A stretch of 57,573 bases of DNA. Source: an uncultured Bacilli bacterium (GTDB taxonomy: Bacteria; Bacillota_I; Bacilli_A; RF39; UBA660). Below are positions 9,892 to 19,994 of this stretch, piece by piece. Each line of letters starts with the position of its first letter. Within the stretch, counting starts at the first letter, position 1. The position numbers and the translations under genes are program-made. The notes beneath the pieces are model-generated. The model did not search any database. It was not told where the DNA came from and worked only from the letters and a program-made list of their open reading frames with translations. The stretch spans positions 1-57,573 of the forward strand of contig CALVIY010000005.1 in the NCBI GenBank assembly GCA_944331955.1. The letters run 5' to 3'.

Positions 9892-10473
9892 ATGAAAAGT
9901 ATACTTAAAAAAGAAGTTTATGAAGTAACTATTAAACATTCTAAGTTTATAGGAGTTATTATACCTATAGAATCTCTTGATGATATTAAAGTTAATTTAA
10001 ATAAATTAAAAGAAGAATATAAGAATGCTACTCATTATTGTTATGCTTTTAAATTAATTGATGATAAAGGTTGTAGTGATGATGGTGAACCTAATAAAAC
10101 TGCAGGCATACCTATTTTAAATGTTTTAGAAGGTGAAAACTTAATAAATGTCTTAGTTGTAGTTATAAGATATTTTGGAGGTATTAAATTAGGTCCAGGA
10201 GGCCTTATTAGAGCCTATTCTAGTACTTGTAAAGAAGTTATTAATAAAGCCCTTAAAATAGATTTAATTAATGGATATGAAGTATCTATTACTTTTCCTT
10301 ACTCTAATGAAAAAGAAATAAACTATCTACTTAAAAATAGTATTATTAAAAATAAAGAATATAAAGAGTCATGTACTTATACTATAGAAGTTACTAAAGA
10401 AGTATTAGATAGTATTTCTAACTTTGTAACAATAAACTATAAACATGAAAAAATAATTCCTAAACTTGATTAG
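9892..10473 (+). CDS. yigZ: YigZ/IMPACT family protein
   Basis: ATHYCYA, DDGEP..TAG, RYFGGIKLG.GGLIRAY. Confidence 0.92.
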   Translation: MKSILKKEVYEVTIKHSKFIGVIIPIESLDDIKVNLNKLKEEYKNATHYCYAFKLIDDKGCSDDGEPNKTAGIPILNVLEGENLINVLVVVIRYFGGIKLGPGGLIRAYSSTCKEVINKALKIDLINGYEVSITFPYSNEKEINYLLKNSIIKNKEYKESCTYTIEVTKEVLDSISNFVTINYKHEKIIPKLD

Positions 10474-11858
10474 GAATTATTTTCGTTAAAGTATGATAAA
10501 TTATTTTTATTAATAATATCTATGTTATTACTACTAGTTTTAATAGTAACTTTATATTCATTTAACTTATCATAATTATAAATCTTACCATCATTAACAT
10601 CATCACTTATTTCATCTAATACTTTCTTAAAACTAAATTCTTTAGGACCATCTTCATATATTAATAAATTATTATTATGTACTTCTACTTCTATATTTCT
10701 TTCTACTAAATAGTCATAATAAGTAATATTAACTTCTATTTTATCTGTTAAGCTATTATCTGTTACATATTCTATATCATTATGATAATATCCAATTGTA
10801 CTAAAGTCATTAGACATAGGAAGTGTTTCTTTTATTTCTTTAGTCTTTACATCCTTAGGTAAATCATCTACATAAGTTAAAGAAAAGAATTCAAATGCAA
10901 AGATAATTGATCCTACAATAATTATAACTAATGATATTAATAAAGTTATCATTACTCTTTTATAATTATTTTTATGATTAATAACAAAATTAAGTGGTAC
11001 TTCAAAACATAAAGCACTAATTATAAGTAATGCTGTTGTCCATAAAAGTATTCCTATTAAGGGAAGTCCTTTAAAGACGAATAATACTTCAAAACCTAAC
11101 ATAACTGCAAGTACTACAATACCTATAAGTGGTAACAAAAGGAATAATATTATAAAGAATTTAATTATATAAATAATTATCTTAGCAAGAGTTCTTGTTA
11201 GAGAATTACTACTACTATTATCTTTAATAATAACTTTTTCTACCTCTTCTACTCTTTTCTCTTTAACTTTCGCTACTATTTCTTTATCAGTATCTTCTTT
11301 TATCTTAATTCTATCTAAATATTTAATCTTTAATACATAGATAAAGATAACGATAGAAAATACACTATATAAGATATCTACTATTAATCTAAATATTGTA
11401 TTTAGTGTAGGTCCTACATAAGTAATACCATATAAAAGATTAGTACCAATTAAGTTTTCTATAATATCTTTAGGAATAGTGCCTATTAAGATAATAATTA
11501 TTAAAAGAAATACTGTTACTAAAAACTCTATTATTTCTTTAAAACTCATACTTTCAAAAAGACAAACTATCTTTTTCATTAAAGTATTAAATTTATCTAA
11601 TAGATCTTTAGTATTAATAGTACTATCTTTTTCTTGTTTCTTTTCTTCTAGGACATTTCCATTTACTAAGGTATCCATATCTACATTAAATATTTTACAT
11701 ATAGATATTAATTTATCCATCTCAGGATATGTTACACTACTTTCCCATTTAGATACAGATTGTCTTGTAACATCAAGAAGCTCTGCTAATGCTTCTTGAC
11801 TCATATTTGCTTTTTTTCTTAACTTTTGCAAATTACTAGCAAAATTCATATTTCTCAC
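10470..11858 (-). CDS. XRE-family HTH protein with membrane domain
   Basis: N-terminal SQEALAELLDVTRQSVSKWE; multiple TM segments; extracytoplasmic C-terminus. Confidence 0.8.
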   Translation of the reverse strand: MRNMNFASNLQKLRKKANMSQEALAELLDVTRQSVSKWESSVTYPEMDKLISICKIFNVDMDTLVNGNVLEEKKQEKDSTINTKDLLDKFNTLMKKIVCLFESMSFKEIIEFLVTVFLLIIIILIGTIPKDIIENLIGTNLLYGITYVGPTLNTIFRLIVDILYSVFSIVIFIYVLKIKYLDRIKIKEDTDKEIVAKVKEKRVEEVEKVIIKDNSSSNSLTRTLAKIIIYIIKFFIILFLLLPLIGIVVLAVMLGFEVLFVFKGLPLIGILLWTTALLIISALCFEVPLNFVINHKNNYKRVMITLLISLVIIIVGSIIFAFEFFSLTYVDDLPKDVKTKEIKETLPMSNDFSTIGYYHNDIEYVTDNSLTDKIEVNITYYDYLVERNIEVEVHNNNLLIYEDGPKEFSFKKVLDEISDDVNDGKIYNYDKLNEYKVTIKTSSNNIDIINKNNLSYFNENNS

Positions 11859-11958
11859 CTCTGTTTAGAATTTACCAAAAAACTTGGTTGCGTCCTACCA
11901 ATTTTTAGTTAATTTATGTAAATTTTTAGTTGCATCAAAGAAAAAAGACTAGTTTTTA

Positions 11959-12264
11959 CTAGTCCCTTGGTAACCAAGATACTATTTCATCTAGATTATG
12001 ATAACCTACTTCTTTTTTTATTAAAGTACCATTTCTATATACTTCTAAAGTAGGTACACTCATAATTCCATGTGCTCTTGTTAAACTATCAAACTGGTCT
12101 ATATCTACTTTAACTACTTTTATTCTTGGAAATTTTTCTGCTAGCTCTTCTAACACTGGGCTTAACATTTTACATGGTCCACACCAAGTAGCAAAGAAAT
12201 CTACTATTACATCTCCTTCTTTAATTAAATTTTCAAAATCATCTACATTTTCTAAATAATTCAT
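11959..12264 (-). CDS. trxA: thioredoxin
   Basis: WCGPC active site. Confidence 0.95.
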   Translation of the reverse strand: MNYLENVDDFENLIKEGDVIVDFFATWCGPCKMLSPVLEELAEKFPRIKVVKVDIDQFDSLTRAHGIMSVPTLEVYRNGTLIKKEVGYHNLDEIVSWLPRD

Positions 12265-12266
12265 AA

Positions 12267-12980
12267 TTATTCCTCCCTATATTTATTTATAACATCATCA
12301 AGTCCTGAAATATCATCAAGTTTACCAGTTTCTTTAACATCATCCATAAAATCAACTGATACTGTCTTATATTTTAACATAATATCTATGACTTTTAAAT
12401 CATTAGTATTCCTATCATCTTTACTAGATAAACTAAGTACATCTTCAATTGCATAATTTAAGCCACCTAATGAATCTTTAAGTACTGGTGTATCATTAAC
12501 AATAAACTGTCTAACACCTGAAGACATGAATAACTTACTACCACTCATAGGTATGGCAATAACATTAAGAATGATAAACATTAAGATATATCCTTCTAAT
12601 AGTCCTACAATAAATCCTAATAATTTATTAGGTAGTGCAAGTATAATTGTAGCATTAATAATCTTACTAAAGATACCTGTTACATCTATTAGTATCTGTA
12701 ATATTAATCTAAATATTATAACTAATATTAAAAATGCTATTAATTGATAGAAAATAATATTTAAACTAATTAAATTACCTAGAGGTATTCTAAAGTTAAA
12801 GAATGGTAAATAAGTACAGAAGAAACCTGCTACAAAGTCTTTTAAGAAGAAAGATAATACAAAGACAACAATTGTTCCTATGATTACTACTAATTCTTTA
12901 AGTATTCCTCTTTTACTTCCTAAGACTCCACAAAGTAAGATAAGTAATACTATAATTACACTAAATATATTTGGGCTCAT
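12267..12980 (-). CDS. CvpA family membrane protein
   Basis: G.KRG.LKE N-terminus, NKLLG...G..EG; adjacent to rnhC as in Bacilli. Confidence 0.8.
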   Translation of the reverse strand: MSPNIFSVIIVLLILLCGVLGSKRGILKELVVIIGTIVVFVLSFFLKDFVAGFFCTYLPFFNFRIPLGNLISLNIIFYQLIAFLILVIIFRLILQILIDVTGIFSKIINATIILALPNKLLGFIVGLLEGYILMFIILNVIAIPMSGSKLFMSSGVRQFIVNDTPVLKDSLGGLNYAIEDVLSLSSKDDRNTNDLKVIDIMLKYKTVSVDFMDDVKETGKLDDISGLDDVINKYREE

Positions 12981-13058
12981 AAAACCACACTCCTTCTATA
13001 ATTATTATAAACTATATTTTAAAACTATGCTATAATATTTTTAAGGAGAGATTAATTT

Positions 13059-13970
13059 ATGAACGTAGTTATTAAAGTAAATGAAGAAGTTAAACAAAAA
13101 ATGATTGAATATTATAAAGATAAAATGCGTGATAAAAAGATTCCTTATGTAGTATTTCAAGCGAAAGATGAAGATACTGTTATTACAATGTATGAATCTG
13201 GTAAAGTTATGTTTCAAGGAACAAGTGCTGATGTAGATGCTAATCTGTGGGGGACTTTTTTATCTAATACAAAAGAAGAAAAAGAAAAACAGAAGGAAAA
13301 AGATTCTATATATCATAATTGTTCTTCTGTTGGTAGTGATGAAGTTGGAACAGGAGATTACTTTGGTCCTATTGTTGTAACTGCTACTTATGTAAGTAAA
13401 GATAATGTAAAGCACTTAGAAGATTTAGGAATAAGAGATTCTAAAAAATTAACTGATGAATTTATTTTAAAAGTAACACCTGAACTTATTAAAAAAATTC
13501 CTTATAGATCTATTATCTTAACTAATAAAGAATATAATGAAAAATATAGTAAGGATTTAAATATGAATAAGATAAAGGCTGTTATGCATAATAAAGTACT
13601 TTATCGGATAATCAATGAATTAAAACCTGATGTTGATTATATTATTGTCGATGAATTTGCAAGAGAAGCTAGATACTATGATTATATTAAAGATGTTCCT
13701 AATATTCAAAGAGGTATTACTTTCGTTCAAAAGGCAGAAGATAAGAACCTTGCTGTTGGGGCTGCTTCTATTATTAGTAGATATATATTTTTAAAAGAAT
13801 TTGATAAATTATGTGATGAGGTAGGTCTTCCTCTTCCTAAAGGAGCAGGAAGTGAAGTTGATAAAATTGGTGAAGAACTTGTTAATAAGTATGGAGAAGA
13901 GAAGTTAAAAGAAGTAGCAAAGTATAACTTTAAGAATACCCAAAGAATATTAAAGACTCTTATATTTTAG
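13059..13970 (+). CDS. rnhC: ribonuclease HIII
   Basis: GSDEVGTGDYFGP, DSKKL, N-terminal Y.SGKVMFQG TBP-like domain. Confidence 0.95.
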   Translation: MNVVIKVNEEVKQKMIEYYKDKMRDKKIPYVVFQAKDEDTVITMYESGKVMFQGTSADVDANLWGTFLSNTKEEKEKQKEKDSIYHNCSSVGSDEVGTGDYFGPIVVTATYVSKDNVKHLEDLGIRDSKKLTDEFILKVTPELIKKIPYRSIILTNKEYNEKYSKDLNMNKIKAVMHNKVLYRIINELKPDVDYIIVDEFAREARYYDYIKDVPNIQRGITFVQKAEDKNLAVGAASIISRYIFLKEFDKLCDEVGLPLPKGAGSEVDKIGEELVNKYGEEKLKEVAKYNFKNTQRILKTLIF

Positions 13971-13983
13971 GAGGAAATGGAAT

Positions 13984-14748
13984 ATGATAGATTTAGAAAA
14001 TGTAGATAGGACTTTTAAAGATTATGTTAGTAAGTTTGATTTAAATAATATAACTATTAAAAGAAAGTATGAACACACTTTAAGAGTGAAAGACAATTGT
14101 AAAAAAATCGCTAAAGCTCTTAATCTTTCTTTAGAAGATACAAATCTCTTAGTATTAATTGGTTATTTACATGATATTGGTAGATTTCTTCAAATGAAAA
14201 AATATAACTCTATTGTTGATAGTAAAACTATAGACCATGCTGATTTAGGTGTGGATATTCTTTTCAAAGATAATCTTATTAGAAAATTTATAGATGATAA
14301 TAAGTATGATAATATTATTTATAAAGCAGTTAAATATCATAATAAAATGAATTTAAATTATGAATTAACTTCTAAAGAAAAACTGTTTTGTAAAGCGATT
14401 AGAGATGCAGATAAATTAGATATATTTTATGTCGCTACCTATGATAATAATATCAAAGACTTTTATATTTTGCCATATGTAGAAGGAGCTAAACTAAATC
14501 CCAAAGTTAAAGAAGATTTTGATAGTCATAGATTAGTTGATTTAAGAAACCGAAAAACTGCTATAGATAAACTTGCTAATATACTAGCATTTATTTATGA
14601 CTTAAATTTAGATGCAAGTAAAAAAACTATTACTGAAAATACTATTGATAATGTCATCAATACCTTTATAAAAACATTTAATGTTAAGGACACAAATGAA
14701 TGTTTATATTTAAAAAATAATATACTTAAATATTTAAATAACACATAG
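13984..14748 (+). CDS. HD-domain phosphohydrolase
   Basis: HT.RV, LHDIGRF.Q, DHA, HN, RDADKLD. Confidence 0.85.
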   Translation: MIDLENVDRTFKDYVSKFDLNNITIKRKYEHTLRVKDNCKKIAKALNLSLEDTNLLVLIGYLHDIGRFLQMKKYNSIVDSKTIDHADLGVDILFKDNLIRKFIDDNKYDNIIYKAVKYHNKMNLNYELTSKEKLFCKAIRDADKLDIFYVATYDNNIKDFYILPYVEGAKLNPKVKEDFDSHRLVDLRNRKTAIDKLANILAFIYDLNLDASKKTITENTIDNVINTFIKTFNVKDTNECLYLKNNILKYLNNT

Positions 14749-14770
14749 ATTTGCTTCTATGTGTTATTTA
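14735..14770. terminator. bidirectional hairpin overlapping both convergent stop codons
   Basis: TAAATAACACATAGA-TTTGCT-TCTATGTGTTATTTA perfect 15-bp inverted repeat. Confidence 0.75.
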
Positions 14771-15419
14771 ATTCTAATCCAAATATACATTTATCATATA
14801 GAAAAGGGATTATCTTATCTTTATTACCAGTATTATAATACTCTGTTAATAGTTTATTAAATTCATTTATATCATCTTCCTTAACAGAAATAATACCACA
14901 ACCATTACTTATAAGGAGTTTATTAGCAACTATCATAGCGGTTCTTTTATTACCATCCCAAAATATTTGACTTCTCATTAAATAAAGCATAAGGTTTAAA
15001 CTTCTACTAGTTATATTCTCTTCTTTTAAAATCTCGTTTATATTTGTAATAACATCTTCTCTATTAGGAATATCAGGAATATAATCTACTCCATTTATAC
15101 CAACTTTACCTGTTCTTAAAACACCCCATTCTAAAGATTCATTTCTTGACACAAAAGAATTTACTTTGCATATAAAATCAAGTGTAATATCAGTATCTAT
15201 ATTAGAAAGAGTAAAATTCCAAGCATCCCTTAAATTTAAAATGCAATTTATTTCATCTAATCTTAAACTAGGTACATTTACCCCCTCTAAAATTGTTTTA
15301 GTATCAGGGTATGTCGTATTAATTCCTTCAAGTCTTGCACTATTATAGATGTTAGATACTAACACTTTTTTCGCTAAAAATATATTTTGTTCTTTTGTTA
15401 AATGATATTTATCTTGCAT
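14757..15419 (-). CDS. Fic/Doc family protein
   Basis: QIFWDGNKRTA variant of HPFxDGNxR; catalytic His replaced by Gln. Confidence 0.85.
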   Translation of the reverse strand: MQDKYHLTKEQNIFLAKKVLVSNIYNSARLEGINTTYPDTKTILEGVNVPSLRLDEINCILNLRDAWNFTLSNIDTDITLDFICKVNSFVSRNESLEWGVLRTGKVGINGVDYIPDIPNREDVITNINEILKEENITSRSLNLMLYLMRSQIFWDGNKRTAMIVANKLLISNGCGIISVKEDDINEFNKLLTEYYNTGNKDKIIPFLYDKCIFGLELNNT

Positions 15420-15528
15420 AAGTTAGTCACCTCTTCTTTATTACATTATACTATAAGTCATTTTAAATTAAAAGCCAAAGAAAAGCATCAAACGATGCCT
15501 TCTTTACTAAATATAGATATAACTAAAA

Positions 15529-16008
15529 TCACTTCTTCTTTGATTCAATTATCTCTTTTTTTTTAAGTTCTTCTTCTAAAAGTTCCGTAACCATACTTTT
15601 ATTTTTCTTTCTACCCTCTAAAATATCTATTTCTTCTTCAATCTTTAAGTCTCTATAATTTTTATGATTATAGTATACTGGCTCTTTAGAAAAAATTGCA
15701 ACTTCTATATATTTATTCTTCTCTTCTTCTTTATAGAAAGATAAAACATTCTCCAGGTAATTTATTTGTTCTTTACTACAAGCTTCTGGCAAATATAATA
15801 AATATCCTACTCTTAAATTTAATATTGATATATAATTGATAGATGCTACAGATAAGGCAGATGCCTCATCTGTAGATAATGAAATACTAAGATTATTTTT
15901 AGTAGCAAATTTTCTAAAGCTATCTAAATGAACATAACCAAATTTAAATTTATCATTCCAAACTTCTTCACCATTTTCATCAATTATTTTTAGAAGAAAA
16001 TTATCCAT
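15529..16008 (-). CDS. hypothetical protein
   Basis: 159-aa ORF with GGAGG RBS overlapping the asnS end; no recognised motif. Confidence 0.7.
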   Translation of the reverse strand: MDNFLLKIIDENGEEVWNDKFKFGYVHLDSFRKFATKNNLSISLSTDEASALSVASINYISILNLRVGYLLYLPEACSKEQINYLENVLSFYKEEEKNKYIEVAIFSKEPVYYNHKNYRDLKIEEEIDILEGRKKNKSMVTELLEEELKKKEIIESKKK

Positions 16009-16018
16009 ACATTACCTC

Positions 16019-17401
16019 CTAAAACTCACAGTTACCAGGTGTTCTTGGATATGGTATAACATCTCTTATATTTTCTACACCTGTTAAATATATTAAAAGT
16101 CTCTCAAAGCCCATACCGAATCCTGAATGAACACAACCACCATATTTACGTAGGTTAATGTACCAGTCAAGTTCTTCCTTATCCATACCTAACTCATCCA
16201 TACGAGCAACTAATTTGTCATAATCTTCTTCTCTTTGAGAGCCACCCATTATTTCACCTGCCCCAGGTACTTCAAGGTCAACTGCTGCAACAGTCGCACC
16301 ATCAGGATTTTGTTTCATATAGAAAGCTTTAATATCTTTAGGCCAGTTGGTAATAAATACTGGTCCATCAAAATATTCTGTGATATATTTTTCGTGTTCT
16401 TTAGCGATATCTTCTCCTTGAATAGGCTCAAACTCCCATTTAACATCTGCTTTTTGTAATATGTCTATAACCTCTTTATGAGTAACTCTAGTAAATTTAG
16501 ATTTAACTAATTTAGTAAGTTTATCAAGTAGTCCTTTTTCTACAAACTTATCTAAGAATTCCATTTCATCTTTACAGTGTTCTAATACATAGCTAACTAC
16601 ATATTTTAACATCTCTTCCATTATTTCCATATCGCCTTCTAAATCGCAGAAAGCAATCTCAGGCTCTATCATCCAAAACTCATTAGCATGTACTTTGGTA
16701 TTAGAGTTCTCTGCTCTAAATGTAGGACCAAAAGTATACGTTTTTTTGTAAGCTAAAGCGAATGTTTCTGCTTCTAATTGCCCTGATACTGTTAATGATG
16801 CAGGTTTAGAGAACATATCTTTGCTATAGTCAACTTTTCCATCTGTTTTTGGAACATCCTCTAAATCAAAACATGTAACATGAAACATCTCTCCTGCTCC
16901 TTCACAGTCACTTGCAGTTATTAATGGAGCATGAAAATAAACATAACCTCTATCTTGGAAATATTTATGGATAGCATAAGCTGCTACACTTCTAACACGA
17001 AATACTGCTTGAAACAAGTTAGTTCTAGGTCTAAGATATGCTTGTTCTCTTAAAAACTCTCTTGAATGTTTCTTAGGTTGTATTGGATAATCCTCTGGAC
17101 ACTCTCCTAGTAATATAACTTCACTTGCCTGTACTTCAAAGTCCTGTCCTTCTTTAGGTGATTTAACTACTGTTCCTACTACTTTAATTGCACTACCAAC
17201 ATGATATTTTTGAATCTCTTCAAAATCTTTTAACTTATTATCATAAACAACTTGAATATGTTTAAAACATGTGCCATCAGAAAAATCTATAAAACCAAAC
17301 TCTTTTTGTTTCCGATGATTCCTAATCCATCCTTCTAATGTAACTTCTTTATCCATATATTCATCGATACTATCATATAATTTTTTTGCATCTATTGCCA
17401 T
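16019..17401 (-). CDS. asnS: asparagine--tRNA ligase
   Basis: OB-fold GWIR, LTVSGQL, FRAENS, GFGMGFERL; Asn T-box upstream. Confidence 0.97.
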   Translation of the reverse strand: MAIDAKKLYDSIDEYMDKEVTLEGWIRNHRKQKEFGFIDFSDGTCFKHIQVVYDNKLKDFEEIQKYHVGSAIKVVGTVVKSPKEGQDFEVQASEVILLGECPEDYPIQPKKHSREFLREQAYLRPRTNLFQAVFRVRSVAAYAIHKYFQDRGYVYFHAPLITASDCEGAGEMFHVTCFDLEDVPKTDGKVDYSKDMFSKPASLTVSGQLEAETFALAYKKTYTFGPTFRAENSNTKVHANEFWMIEPEIAFCDLEGDMEIMEEMLKYVVSYVLEHCKDEMEFLDKFVEKGLLDKLTKLVKSKFTRVTHKEVIDILQKADVKWEFEPIQGEDIAKEHEKYITEYFDGPVFITNWPKDIKAFYMKQNPDGATVAAVDLEVPGAGEIMGGSQREEDYDKLVARMDELGMDKEELDWYINLRKYGGCVHSGFGMGFERLLIYLTGVENIRDVIPYPRTPGNCEF

Positions 17402-17440
17402 AATTTTTCCTCTCCTTCTTTATTAGTATAACATTTATTA

Positions 17441-17977
17441 TTATTTTATTAAAACTTTTTCTTCCTTCTTAACTGGAATAGACATAACTTTAGCCTCTCT
17501 TCCTATAGTATTAAGAAATTTAAAACATTCAGATAGAGGCATAAATATACTCATACCGTTGTATAAAGGATGAAAAGCTACTTCACTAGTTTCTAATAAA
17601 TCTTCATCTATTATTAACTTAATCTCTTTATTTTCATCATATATCATGTTAAATATTGAAACATTACCAGGTGTAGCATTAATCAGATTCTCCATATCTA
17701 CAGGACTAACAAACTCTAATTTATGACAAGAAAGCTCTTCTTTTAAAGCTTTTAAATCTACCTGTTTAGAACTATCTGTTATAACTAAATATTTATTCTT
17801 ATTCCCCTTTCTTTCTTGAACTAATAAGTGTTTGCCAACAGCATAGTTTTCATCTAAATAATCTTCCCATCTACTATAATCAACACAGCCAGTCGCTTCT
17901 TTATGTCTGATACAATAATCATATTGTATCCCTCTTTTTTCCAAGGAATCACAAAACTCAAAAGCTTTCATAGTCAT
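17441..17977 (-). CDS. YbaK/ProX-like aminoacyl-tRNA deacylase paralog; the likely true start at 18053 is one base out of frame
   Basis: K.L.V, L.F, PG.VS.F, FHPL.N..S motifs; strong AAAGGAG RBS precedes ATG 18053. Confidence 0.75.
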   Translation of the reverse strand: MTMKAFEFCDSLEKRGIQYDYCIRHKEATGCVDYSRWEDYLDENYAVGKHLLVQERKGNKNKYLVITDSSKQVDLKALKEELSCHKLEFVSPVDMENLINATPGNVSIFNMIYDENKEIKLIIDEDLLETSEVAFHPLYNGMSIFMPLSECFKFLNTIGREAKVMSIPVKKEEKVLIK

Positions 17978-18077
17978 CTCTATACGATGTGATTCTTCTT
18001 TAGATAATTTAATATTTTTAAATAACTCCTTTAAAATTCCCTACTTCTAACATAAAATCATCTCCTTTAATAAATAA

Positions 18078-18350
18078 TAAAAGACTAGTCCGATACCATA
18101 ATACTTATAGTACTATGGGACGAAACTAGTCTTCCGCGGTGCCACCCAATTTATTATAAAGGAATATTAACTTTATAATCACTCTTTTCGATTCTATCAA
18201 ATCTAGCAAATGTAACGGTTTGCACCCGGCTTAGTCTACTTAATTTCTTTAAGCACTCCGAAATGTTATTCACTATTCTCTCTTTACTTGTTTCCACCTT
18301 CCACAAGCTCTCTATAAAAGATTAAAATAGTTACTTCTTTTCATCAATGT
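18078..18350 (-). promoter_or_regulatory. T-box riboswitch with Asn (AAC) specifier
   Basis: AATTGGGTGGCACCGCG T-box, AGAGA and GGTGGAA stem-I motifs, GAATAACA specifier (AAC at 18265-18267), long terminator AAGACTAGT...ACTAGTCTTTT. Confidence 0.92.
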
Positions 18351-18362
18351 TTTGATGTTATT

Positions 18363-18391
18363 AATATACTATTATTTTATGTACATGTCAA
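18363..18391 (-). promoter_or_regulatory. sigma-A promoter of T-box/asnS operon
   Basis: TTGACA-17-TATATT. Confidence 0.8.
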
Positions 18392-18456
18392 ATATTTTAT
18401 TCAATATTTCTTTTTTGATACTTGTATAAAAGATACTTATGTGATAAGATGTATAT

Positions 18457-18585
18457 GTAAGAAAAAAATTCATACAATATAAAAGGAACACTTAATATTC
18501 GCGTGTTGAGTGTGCCTCTAATTAATTGTTTTTTTGTATTAGAACCACCTAAACCTCGCTTGAGTTAGGTGGATTCTTCTATTTT
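18457..18585 (+). ncRNA. putative antisense antitoxin RNA
   Basis: Promoter TTGTAT-17-TAAGAT (18422-18450); hairpins ACACTTAATA/TGTTGAGTGT and CCACCTAA/TTAGGTGG followed by a T-rich tract; convergent with small toxin-like ORF. Confidence 0.55.
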
Positions 18586-18671
18586 AAGGTGCAAATCATA
18601 AAGAGTATTAAAATTTCTTGAAGAAATAGCATAATTACTAAAGATAGAATTAAAAAATCCTTCTTGTTCAT
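18579..18671 (-). CDS. 30-aa hydrophobic peptide, putative type I toxin (MNKKDFLILSLVIMLFLQEILILFMICTLK)
   Basis: AGAAAGGAGG RBS inside hairpin TAAGCCTC-AGAAAG-GAGGCTTA (18674-18695); promoter TTGCTA-17-TACTAT (18734-18762). Confidence 0.7.
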   Translation of the reverse strand: MNKKDFLILSLVIMLFLQEILILFMICTLK

Positions 18672-18775
18672 TATAAGCCTCCTTTCTGAGGCTTAGCACT
18701 GGTTAGATTCAACTATTAAATGTTCCTATAACTATAGTAGCATATTAATCTCTAGATAGCAACAAAAAATTGTAA

Positions 18776-18806
18776 TAAAAAAGTTACGAGTTTTCGTAAC
18801 TTTTTA
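18776..18806 (-). terminator. terminator after dnaJ
   Basis: AAAAAGTTACGA-GTTT-TCGTAACTTTTT. Confidence 0.8.
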
Positions 18807-18815
18807 TGAATATAT

Positions 18816-19964
18816 TTAATCATTATTTTTAGTAAATTTATTAAACCTATCTATTTCACTATCATCTAAATCTGTTTTAGCAAGGGATTCAAACAATTTC
18901 TTTTGATCACGTGCTAACTTTTTAGGAGTAACTACTTTAAAGATAACATACATATCACCAACTCTTCTACTAGAAGAATCTTTTATACCTTTACCTTTAA
19001 GTCTTTGTTTATCTCCACTATCAATTCCTCCTGGTATATTTAGTTTAACATTACCATAGATTGTAGGTATTTCTTTTTTACAACCAAGTACTGCTTCTGC
19101 CATATTAATAGGTACTTCTAGATAAATATCAAGGCCATCACGTTCATAATATTTATGTTCTTTAATATGGAATTCTAAATATAAGTCACCTGATGCTCCA
19201 CCATTTTCTCCTGCATGTCCTCTACCAGGAACTCTTAGTCTTTCACCATTATCAATACCACTTGGAACACTTACAGTAATAGTCTTACGCGATTTAACTT
19301 GTCCTTTACCATGACATTTACTACATGTCTCTTTATATGTTTTACCTTTACCATTACATTCTGGACAAGTTGTTTTTGTCATAAATGATCCTAGTATTGT
19401 TCTTTGTTCACTTGTGATAGTACCACTACCATGACATCTTTTACAAGTTTCTTCGTGGAATCCACCTAAACCACTACATTTATCACATTCTGTTACTACA
19501 TCTAAATCAAAATCTTTCTCACAACCATAGATTGCTTCTTCAAAAGAAAGTTCTACTTGCATTAAGATATCAGATCCGCGTCTTGCTCTACTACCACGAC
19601 TTCTACTACTAGAGCCTCCAAAACCAAAGCCGCCACCGAATAAGTCATCAAAGATATCACCTAAATCACTAGCATCAAAACCAAAGCCGGCGCTGTTTCC
19701 ACCAAATCCTCCAAAACCAGGACCACCTGCTCCAGGCCCATTTACACCTGCATGACCAAATTGATCATAGGCTTTACGTTTATTATCATCAGATAAAACT
19801 GAATATGCTTCTTGAACTTCTTTAAACTTCTCTTCAGCATTTTCTTCTTTACTTATATCAGGATGGTATTTTTTAGCAAGACGTCTAAAGGCACTTTTTA
19901 TTTCATCTTTACTAGCAGTTTTAGATACCCCTAAGACTTCATAATAATCTCTTTTAGTTGCCAT
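18816..19964 (-). CDS. dnaJ: chaperone DnaJ
   Basis: J domain HPD, G/F region, four CxxCxGxG repeats. Confidence 0.98.
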   Translation of the reverse strand: MATKRDYYEVLGVSKTASKDEIKSAFRRLAKKYHPDISKEENAEEKFKEVQEAYSVLSDDNKRKAYDQFGHAGVNGPGAGGPGFGGFGGNSAGFGFDASDLGDIFDDLFGGGFGFGGSSSRSRGSRARRGSDILMQVELSFEEAIYGCEKDFDLDVVTECDKCSGLGGFHEETCKRCHGSGTITSEQRTILGSFMTKTTCPECNGKGKTYKETCSKCHGKGQVKSRKTITVSVPSGIDNGERLRVPGRGHAGENGGASGDLYLEFHIKEHKYYERDGLDIYLEVPINMAEAVLGCKKEIPTIYGNVKLNIPGGIDSGDKQRLKGKGIKDSSSRRVGDMYVIFKVVTPKKLARDQKKLFESLAKTDLDDSEIDRFNKFTKNND

Positions 19965-19994
19965 ATACTACACTTCCTTTCTAGAGATTTTCTA

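Noticed and set aside
18693-18719. TTAGCACTG half-CIRCE downstream of dnaJ
   Set aside because: The second half-site is absent; the sequence belongs to the toxin-like leader.
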